From assembly GCA_964592515.1 (NCBI GenBank), contig CAZQFG010000003.1, positions 1 through 42,391 of the forward strand: 42,391 bases of DNA, read 5' to 3'. The notes beneath the pieces were generated by a model that searched no databases, was not told the origin of the DNA, and was given only the letters and a program-made list of their open reading frames with translations. The translations under genes were made by a program, and so were the position numbers. The DNA comes from an uncultured Chryseobacterium sp. Its GTDB lineage: Bacteria; Bacteroidota; Bacteroidia; Flavobacteriales_F; PHOS-HE28. Shown here in pieces: positions 36,359 to 42,391 of this stretch (position 1 is the first letter of the stretch; every line of letters starts with the position of its first letter).

Positions 36359-36787
36359 GCGGGCCACGCGTGCAGCCTCCCGCTCAGCGTTCTGCTTCAC
36401 GCGGCATTCCCACAGTGTAATGACCTTCCAACCGGCGCGCTTCAGCGCCATGGTCTTTTCGGCATCACGCTCCTTGTTGCGGTCCAGTTTGGCGTTCCAG
36501 AAGCCTAGGTGCGTGCGTGGTCTTCGTGGGCGACAATGCGGACAACCGTGCCAGAAACAACCGTTCACGAATACGGCCACGCGACGACCAACGAATGCGA
36601 TATCGGGCTTGCCGGGTACCTTGGCATAGTGCAGGCGATAACCAGTGAGTCCTTGTGCACGCAGCGATCCACGCACCAACAGCTCAGGCGTGGTATGCTT
36701 GTGCCTGATGCGGCTCATCACCGCGCTCACACGTTCATCCGTCGGCAAGGGGGCACGACCGTCACGTAGGTAGCTGCGCGGGGACAT
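36347..36787 (-). CDS. vsr: Very short patch repair endonuclease
   Basis: MSRIRHKHTTPE, YRLH...PGKPDIAF, AVFVNGCFWHGC, FWNAKLDRNKERD, GWKVITLWEC. Confidence 0.93.
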   Translation of the reverse strand: MSPRSYLRDGRAPLPTDERVSAVMSRIRHKHTTPELLVRGSLRAQGLTGYRLHYAKVPGKPDIAFVGRRVAVFVNGCFWHGCPHCRPRRPRTHLGFWNAKLDRNKERDAEKTMALKRAGWKVITLWECRVKQNAEREAARVARLLA

Positions 36788-36808
36788 GCCCCAAAGTTCG
36801 GGAACTGA

Positions 36809-38020
36809 TCAGGGCAATTTGGTGCGTGGTGTAGCGCCGGCCAAGCGGTCCTCGGTCAACACCTCCCGCTCATAAACAAGCTGCGTGCATGGTTGTCCAT
36901 TACGGAAGTAGTAGGTAGTACCCCACTTGTGGATCACCTTGCGGTACTCGGTGGCAACTCCGTTGGTCTCCAGAAGAACGATGGTCGTCACCTTGTTGGG
37001 TTCCACGATCAGGTCCTCATTGCGCACGGTAACGGCCTCTTCATCGGCCTCAACGGGCTGTACTTCCTCATTGGTATTGGGTCGTGCCAATGCCATACGA
37101 GAGGCCTCCTCCGCTTCAATGGGAGTTGATGCCCGTCGGGTATCAGAATCCTCGTTCGCCTTGGCCAATACATGGTTGCGATGTGGTGCCGCAGGCGCCG
37201 GGTCCGTAGCGACCGGCTCAGGCGTAGGTGCGGTCTTTATTGGTGGAGGTACAAGCCGGGGCTCCTCCTTCGGCTTGGCGGCCACAGGCTTGGGTTGCGC
37301 TGCTTCGGCGCGTTTCGTTTCGGCCAAGCGTGCCTCCTCTGCCTTGCGAGCGGCCTCCTGGCTTTCGCGTTCAGCCTTGGCTGCGGCATCGGCCTGTTTC
37401 TTCGCTTCAGCCTGCGCCTTGGCATCAGCGGCGGCCTGGGCTTCGGCCTGTTTTTTTGCCTCGGCATCGGCCTTCGCCTTGGCCTTCGCATCGGCGGCGG
37501 CCTGCTGTGCCTCCTCCTTCTGCTTCTTCTCCACTTCGGCCAGTACTTGTTGCAACTGCGATTGGATCGACTTGGTGTAGTCCGTATCGTAATCGAAATC
37601 GCCCAACCCTGCTTCGTAGCGGATAACCCCGACCGGCTGATTGAAGACCACCAAGTTGATGTCGTCATACTGCTTGAACAGCGAGACCGCGAACTCGAAC
37701 GGTGTGAAGCCTTTTGTCGCAGCATCGGCCGGTACACGTGTATTGAACGAGAGCTTCTTCGCCACGTACCCCGGCTTCTCGAACGAGATCACATAGTTCG
37801 CGTTCAGATCGAGGTCCAGCGTGAACTTATTGAGGCTCGTAGTGATCGTGCGGTCCTTCTCGCCGTTCTTGTACAACACGGCGCGCGCCCCGGACACATC
37901 GCCCCCTTCGATCTTCAGGCGGCCGTTCACGGTGAACTTGCTCTGCGCAAGCACCATCGTGCCGAAAATCAATAGAACGCAAGTGAAAAGCGCCCTGAAT
38001 TGAAGCTGTTGGTAAGCCAT
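36809..38020 (-). CDS. Hypothetical exported protein with TolA-like Ala/Lys/Glu-rich helical stalk
   Basis: Signal peptide; beta-rich N-domain; AAADAKAKAKADAEAKKQAEAQ... repeats; Pro-rich linker; C-domain EYRKVIHKWGTTYYFRNG. Confidence 0.8.
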   Translation of the reverse strand: MAYQQLQFRALFTCVLLIFGTMVLAQSKFTVNGRLKIEGGDVSGARAVLYKNGEKDRTITTSLNKFTLDLDLNANYVISFEKPGYVAKKLSFNTRVPADAATKGFTPFEFAVSLFKQYDDINLVVFNQPVGVIRYEAGLGDFDYDTDYTKSIQSQLQQVLAEVEKKQKEEAQQAAADAKAKAKADAEAKKQAEAQAAADAKAQAEAKKQADAAAKAERESQEAARKAEEARLAETKRAEAAQPKPVAAKPKEEPRLVPPPIKTAPTPEPVATDPAPAAPHRNHVLAKANEDSDTRRASTPIEAEEASRMALARPNTNEEVQPVEADEEAVTVRNEDLIVEPNKVTTIVLLETNGVATEYRKVIHKWGTTYYFRNGQPCTQLVYEREVLTEDRLAGATPRTKLP

Positions 38021-38083
38021 CGGTCTGCTGCAGGTTGAACCTGCGACGCGGGTTTACGTAAGAACGGCCCCAAGGGTTCACAC

Positions 38084-38509
38084 ATGCGACCACGAACACT
38101 GCTCCTGCTTCTGCTCCTGAACGCTTCCATCAGCCGGGCCCAACCTGCGCTCGACACGTTGAACGCGCTATATGCAGGCAGCACCACCTTCCGCATCGAT
38201 CGCCACGACCGATTGGTGATGGACCATTTCACCGAAGGCCGCCGCACCGAACAAACGGTCGTTGCACTCTCCGGGCTCGATGAAAGCTCGTTGCGAGCGG
38301 ATACGTTGACCATGCAATTGCGGATCCGCTGCACGGAAACATCGGGCAGGTGCATCTCGCGTGAATCATTCAAGCAGGCCTCCATAACTCGTTCTGGACG
38401 AACGGTATTGAGCGTGTCACCTGCCAGCATGCAACAGGTCCTGCAAGCATTCGCTGCAATTGTGGAAGAACGGCGGTCGCTCACTTATGCACCGGTTGCG
38501 AAACCTTGA
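38084..38509 (+). CDS. Hypothetical secreted protein
   Basis: Signal peptide MRPRTLLLLLLLNASISRAQ; fills intergenic space; divergent from the previous gene. Confidence 0.65.
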   Translation: MRPRTLLLLLLLNASISRAQPALDTLNALYAGSTTFRIDRHDRLVMDHFTEGRRTEQTVVALSGLDESSLRADTLTMQLRIRCTETSGRCISRESFKQASITRSGRTVLSVSPASMQQVLQAFAAIVEERRSLTYAPVAKP

Positions 38510-38554
38510 GGCAGGTACCACACGTAAAGAGCCAACTTCCCCATAGCGATCCGC

Positions 38555-39088
38555 ATGCGTCTATACATCACGCTTGTTCTCAGTACACTACTGTATATCT
38601 CCGGTCAGGCCCAGTACATGGCCGAAGCCCGAACAGCCCCATCCGACAAGGATGCGTACGAGCGCGGCGAACAGGCTTACCGACGTGGTGACCATGCACT
38701 GGCCGTGGCCTTGTTCACAGAGGCGATAGCGGTGGACCCGGACAACATGAACGCCTACCTCAACCGGGCGTTCTGTCATGTACTCCTGAAACAATACACG
38801 GAGGCCATCAAGGACCTTACTGTCGTTATTGAACGCGAGCCCAAGCACGCATTGGCGTATACCACACGCGGTAGTTCATATCTAAGGTCCGGCGAGCCGG
38901 ACAAAGCCTTGGCTGACCTGGAAATGGTGATTAGCCTTGACCCCCGAAATGAGGAGGCTTGGAACAACAAAGGCTGGGCCTACAAGGCCAGATCCGATAT
39001 GGACAGTGCCTGTAAGGCTTGGCGCACCAGCCAGCGCATGGGTAATGCCGAAGCCAAGATCATCCTGAACAACAACCGCTGCAAATGA
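38555..39088 (+). CDS. Secreted tetratricopeptide repeat protein
   Basis: Signal peptide; AYLNRA, AYTTRG, AWNNKG TPR units; C-terminal ACKAW...MG...C. Confidence 0.88.
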   Translation: MRLYITLVLSTLLYISGQAQYMAEARTAPSDKDAYERGEQAYRRGDHALAVALFTEAIAVDPDNMNAYLNRAFCHVLLKQYTEAIKDLTVVIEREPKHALAYTTRGSSYLRSGEPDKALADLEMVISLDPRNEEAWNNKGWAYKARSDMDSACKAWRTSQRMGNAEAKIILNNNRCK

Positions 39089-39495
39089 CCGTGAAAAAGA
39101 CCCTTCTGCTCATCCTTGGTGTGCTGATGGCGTTCTGGGCAGGCGCCCAGGACCGCGACCCGGCGGATTGCCTGGTGAAGACCGCCAGCCGTTGGGGTGC
39201 ACCTTGCGAGAAGTGCGAGATCTACAAGGACGGATACAAGCGTGATTTCAGCGGTACGTACAGCGTGGACCTGAAGAACACCTGCGCCGATCTCGTTGAA
39301 GTGAAGGTGGCGGTACAGGAGAAGAACGGAACGTGGCGCATCTTCCCGGTCCGTACGCTCTCGGGCAATGAAGTAATGACCGTGTTCGCCTGCCAGGGCA
39401 CTGGCAAGTATCTCTACTGGGTGCGCCGTGTGAACGACACGGAGATCATCCTTCCTTCCGACCACGAGATCGTAACGGAGTACCGCAGCCGATAG
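39085..39495 (+). CDS. Hypothetical secreted Cys-containing protein
   Basis: ATGA overlap with the TPR gene; signal peptide ending AGAQ; five Cys including CEKC. Confidence 0.75.
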   Translation: MTVKKTLLLILGVLMAFWAGAQDRDPADCLVKTASRWGAPCEKCEIYKDGYKRDFSGTYSVDLKNTCADLVEVKVAVQEKNGTWRIFPVRTLSGNEVMTVFACQGTGKYLYWVRRVNDTEIILPSDHEIVTEYRSR

Positions 39496-39597
39496 GCCAA
39501 GCGCCCATCAACATCGGGGTGTTGGTCCAAGGACTTCTTCGCACCGCATCCCTTGACCTCGCGGCAGCACCTTTGATGTGTTGTAATGCCGCAGGCC

Positions 39598-39984
39598 ATG
39601 AAGCGATTCCATATTGAACGTACGGATACCTCTCCCGAGGTCGATCTTGACCTGGACCAGGGACTGCTGGAGTTCATCGGACGTTCGCTGCCGCACAACT
39701 CCGAACAGTTCTACCATCGGGTTTACAACTGGCTCGACGAATACCTGCGTGCCCCACGCGTGGAGACCACGGTGAACATGCGCTTGGACTATCTGGACAC
39801 CAGTTCTTCCAAACACCTGTACAACATCTTCCAGAAGCTCGATGCCGTGAGCGAACGGGGTCAACGTGTGCAGGTGAACTGGCACTACGAGACCGGCGAC
39901 GAGGAAATGGCCGAGACCGGTAAGGACTACCAGAGCTTCTTCAAACTGGACTTCAACTTCATTGAAGTGAAGGACCTGTTCTGA
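39598..39984 (+). CDS. DUF1987 / SiaC-family regulatory phosphoprotein
   Basis: I.RT..SPEV.L...G.L.F.GRS.P.N..FY..V..WL..Y, LDYLDTSSSK, V.V.WHYE..DE.M.E.G.D; alternative start 39586. Confidence 0.88.
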   Translation: MKRFHIERTDTSPEVDLDLDQGLLEFIGRSLPHNSEQFYHRVYNWLDEYLRAPRVETTVNMRLDYLDTSSSKHLYNIFQKLDAVSERGQRVQVNWHYETGDEEMAETGKDYQSFFKLDFNFIEVKDLF

Positions 39985-40000
39985 GCGTTCGAAACCCACC

Positions 40001-40036
40001 AATGAAAGAAGCCCGCGATCGCGGGCTTCTTTCATT
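40001..40036. terminator. Bidirectional terminator (perfect 36-bp palindrome)
   Basis: AATGAAAGAAGCCCGCGA|TCGCGGGCTTCTTTCATT between the convergent siaC-like and phoH genes. Confidence 0.85.
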
Positions 40037-40057
40037 CGCATCCGTAGGTCCTTCGTA

Positions 40058-41392
40058 TCAGAGCAGTTCGTTCGCCAGATTGGCCAGCGGGCTGCGTTCT
40101 CCTTTCTCCAGGGTGATATGCGCGAACAGGGGGTCGCCCTTGGCCTTGTCGATCAAGTAGCTGAGGCCGTTGCTCTCCGTGTCCAGGAAGGGCGTGTCGA
40201 TCTGATGCACATCGCCAGTGAACACGATCTTGGTGCCTTCACCCGCGCGGCTGATCACGGTCTTCACCTCCAACGGGGTGAGGTTCTGTGCCTCATCGAC
40301 AATGAAGAAGATGTTGGCCAGACTGCGTCCACGGATGTAGGCCAACGGTGCAATGGCGATCTTCTCGTTCTCCAGCATCTCGTCAATGCGCTTCGGCGTG
40401 CTATCGTGCTTTTCGAACTGGCCCTTGATCAGCTTGAGGTTATCCCACAAGGGCTGCATGTACGGGTCCAATTTGCTCTGGATGTCGCCGGGCAGATAAC
40501 CAATGTCCTTGTTGCTCAATGGCACCACGGGGCGTGTCACGTAGATCTGGCGATAATCACGGCGCTGTTCCAATGCACAAGCCAGGGCGAGCAGCGTTTT
40601 ACCGGTACCTGCAGCACCTTGCAAGGTCACCAGCTTGATCTCCGGATCCAACAGGGCGCTCATGGCCAGCGCCTGTTCCGCGTTCTTCGGACCGATCCCG
40701 AACACGCTCTGCTTCTCCACGCGGTCCACATGACCTGTGCGCGGATCGTACTTCGCGAGGATGCTCTTCTTCTTGTGTTTGAGAATGAAGAAGTGATTGC
40801 CCTTGGGCTTTTCCATGCCCAGTTCCGAAACCTCGATGCTGCCCTCGGAGAACAACCGATCGATGCGCTCTTCAGAGTAGTCATCCACAACTGTGCGGCC
40901 GGTGTAGAGCTTCTCACGCACATCGCGCACCTTGCCGGTGAGGTAATCCTCGGACAGCAGGTTCAGGCTTTTGGCCTTCAGTCGGAGCGCAATGTCCTTG
41001 GTGACCAACACCACCTTACGACCAGGGTTCTGGCGTTGCAGGGTAAGGGTGGCGTTCAGGATCTGGTGATCGTTCTTGGCGTCGGCAAAGACCTTGGTGG
41101 CATCCACGCCGTTCAGGTCATGCTTGGCCACCACCTTGAACTTGCCGTGCGTGGGCCCGTTCAACGGTATCCAATCGGTCAGCACATCGGTCTTCGCGAT
41201 GTCATCCAGATGGCGGATGAACTCCCGCGCTTCAAAGTTGATGGTGTCATTTCCTTTCTTGAACGTGTCGAGCTCTTCCAGGACTTGTATCGGGATGGCC
41301 ACGTCGTGCTCTTCAAAGTTCTCGATGGCCGAGTGGTCGTAGAGGATCACGGAGGTATCCAGTACGAAGATCTTGCGGTCTTTTTTCTTCAT
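40058..41392 (-). CDS. PhoH family protein with N-terminal PIN domain (PhoH2/YlaK/YbeZ type)
   Basis: VLDTSVIL (PIN), ND..IL, LVTKD..LR.KA, GAAGTGKT, IGYLPG, YIRGRS, IVDEAQN, GD..QID, GERS.LA; -7 box TAGCTTTG at 41415-41422. Confidence 0.93.
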   Translation of the reverse strand: MKKKDRKIFVLDTSVILYDHSAIENFEEHDVAIPIQVLEELDTFKKGNDTINFEAREFIRHLDDIAKTDVLTDWIPLNGPTHGKFKVVAKHDLNGVDATKVFADAKNDHQILNATLTLQRQNPGRKVVLVTKDIALRLKAKSLNLLSEDYLTGKVRDVREKLYTGRTVVDDYSEERIDRLFSEGSIEVSELGMEKPKGNHFFILKHKKKSILAKYDPRTGHVDRVEKQSVFGIGPKNAEQALAMSALLDPEIKLVTLQGAAGTGKTLLALACALEQRRDYRQIYVTRPVVPLSNKDIGYLPGDIQSKLDPYMQPLWDNLKLIKGQFEKHDSTPKRIDEMLENEKIAIAPLAYIRGRSLANIFFIVDEAQNLTPLEVKTVISRAGEGTKIVFTGDVHQIDTPFLDTESNGLSYLIDKAKGDPLFAHITLEKGERSPLANLANELL

Positions 41393-41450
41393 TCGATCAA
41401 GGAACGGTGTGCATCAAAGCTATCCGCCACTTTTCCGGAAGCCGGATCCA

Positions 41451-41471
41451 TGTGGATCGCACTTATCCACG
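41451..41471. promoter_or_regulatory. Pair of inverted DnaA-box-like sites
   Basis: TGTGGATCG (41451-59; 2 mismatches) and TTATCCACG (41463-71; 1 mismatch to TTATCCACA). Confidence 0.4.
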
Positions 41472-41519
41472 ATCGATCGTGTTCATCAACGGAACATCAG
41501 CACAGTGTAGGGCGTGTGT

Positions 41520-41559
41520 AAAAAATGAAGCGGGGACCACCGTTTTGGCGATCCCCGCT
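41520..41559 (-). terminator. Rho-independent terminator, minus strand
   Basis: Minus strand AGCGGGGATCGCC-AAAAC-GGTGGTCCCCGCT-TCATTTTTT; two pairs are G-U only in this orientation. Confidence 0.85.
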
Positions 41560-41784
41560 CCCATCCGACGTTGGCCTTGGCCTCCATCGTATGCCCTCAT
41601 TCCTTGCGCCCTCCATGGGTGATAGCACCCTATGGAGCGATCCCTTGTGGGGGCACGTCTGGCATGCCGCCCGGGTCGTAGCTGGGTTTCTTACCAAACC
41701 CGCCGTAAGCCGTGGCTCACGATGTGCATCGACCCTTTCCCGTTGTGCGTTTCAGCACGATCGAATGATGCAATGAACGTTGGT
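41520..41784 (-). ncRNA. Candidate structured non-coding RNA (~265 nt), family not recognised
   Basis: Bounded by a -33/-7 promoter and an intrinsic terminator; no credible protein ORF; several local hairpins and long-range stems. Confidence 0.6.
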
Positions 41785-41788
41785 GAGC

Positions 41789-41820
41789 CGAAAGTACCCC
41801 AGTGACCTTGCGGACATCAA
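41789..41820 (-). promoter_or_regulatory. Bacteroidota promoter (-33 TTG, 21-nt spacer, -7 TACTTTCG)
   Basis: Minus strand CTTG at 41821-41818, 21-nt spacer, TACTTTCG at 41796-41789. Confidence 0.65.
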
Positions 41821-41836
41821 GTTTTTCGACCCCGGT

Positions 41837-41845
41837 TTATCCACA
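41837..41845 (+). promoter_or_regulatory. Consensus DnaA box
   Basis: TTATCCACA exact match, just upstream of the -33 element of the candidate ncRNA promoter. Confidence 0.5.
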
Positions 41846-41863
41846 AGTTGTGCACCGCCACTA

Positions 41864-42391
41864 TCACTGCGCCACTTGGATCAAGCGTATCACACGCACG
41901 CCATCGGGGCCCAGCAGACGAACGCTGTAGACGCCGCTGGACTGTTCGCCCAATTGCAGCCATTGGCGCCCTTGTACCGTGGTGTTCTGCCAATGAGCCA
42001 CGCGTGCGCCGTTCGGTGCGATCACATCCACCACCCGATGATCGTCCGGCATGATCAGCAATTGTCCTTCGGGGTGTTGGCCGCCCCACTGTATGCGCGA
42101 ACGCTCCGCAACATCACCAACACCCGTGCAGGGGTCGATCACAACAGCGACGAAAGACTGTGCATCGGTGCATGGTGCCACGCCTTCGATCTCGTAGGTG
42201 TACAAACCCGAAGCACCTGTTGATGGCACCAGGGTCCCATCGAACGCCCCACCGCCCGGCGCGGTCCATGTGCCCCCTTCATCGGCACCGGCCAACAAGG
42301 TGAGCAGATCGATGGACGCACCGTTCACGCAAACGGTGTGTGTGGTGCTCGTTCCCACGTTCGGCGCCGCGTTCACCGTGATCGATATCGC
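41864..42391 (-). CDS. C-terminal part of a T9SS-secreted repeat protein (5' end outside the window)
   Basis: APNVGT...VC...IDLLTLLAGADEGGTWT...G.Y.Y...PC repeat unit, then a CTD-like tail VIAPNGARV...SSGVYSVRL...RLIQVAQ; frame open to the window edge. Confidence 0.8.
   Translation of the reverse strand, partial: AISITVNAAPNVGTSTTHTVCVNGASIDLLTLLAGADEGGTWTAPGGGAFDGTLVPSTGASGLYTYEIEGVAPCTDAQSFVAVVIDPCTGVGDVAERSRIQWGGQHPEGQLLIMPDDHRVVDVIAPNGARVAHWQNTTVQGRQWLQLGEQSSGVYSVRLLGPDGVRVIRLIQVAQ

Noticed and set aside
40001-40036. MITE or mobile palindrome
   Set aside because: Single copy in the window, between convergent genes with A/T-rich flanks, fully explained as a bidirectional terminator
648-41521. 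Long antisense/alternative-frame ORFs (e.g. 648-2210, 4762-6321, 7476-8477, 8502-9692, 15782-16759, 34789-35784, 40118-41521)
   Set aside because: Shadow ORFs of well-supported genes, expected from GC-rich codon bias; no recognisable motifs
41393-41863. Replication origin (oriC)
   Set aside because: Only one perfect and two degenerate DnaA boxes, no AT-rich unwinding element, no dnaA or other origin-linked genes; kept only as a possible regulatory site

Overview
A 42.4-kb, GC-rich chromosomal window from a Bacteroidota bacterium, most likely a high-GC Flavobacteriales-type lineage. The evidence is T9SS C-terminal sorting domains, TAnnTT(T/C)G -7 promoter boxes, the divergent aroQ/xerD pair and GWxTD, DUF3857 and DUF6787 genes. 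It opens in the 3' part of a tRNA-Ser(UGA), followed by a terminator and a 129-bp perfect tandem repeat. It then carries about 40 CDSs: several secreted or T9SS cargo proteins (three glucose/sorbosone dehydrogenase-type proteins, an M1 aminopeptidase), a TPR/MORN-repeat + DUF3857-transglutaminase + inactive-paralog operon running into selU-selD, a Fur/Zur-like regulator with two operator palindromes facing a lipoprotein-MerC pair, thpR, a radical SAM gene, a TolB-like gene, an orphan vsr, an orphan SiaC-like gene and a PIN-PhoH gene. No transposase, prophage or CRISPR array is visible. The best leads are: (1) a stand-alone, structured ~265-nt non-coding transcript with its own promoter and terminator (41520-41784, minus strand); (2) a 191-aa coiled-coil/AT-hook/winged-helix protein resembling a Rok-like xenogeneic silencer (22928-23503); (3) the secreted active/dead transglutaminase + MORN scaffold module; (4) repeated leaderless-mRNA geometry; (5) a 20-bp palindromic mini-element inserted in one copy of an intergenic REP-like repeat. 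Family assignments come from motif recognition only; no database searches were run.
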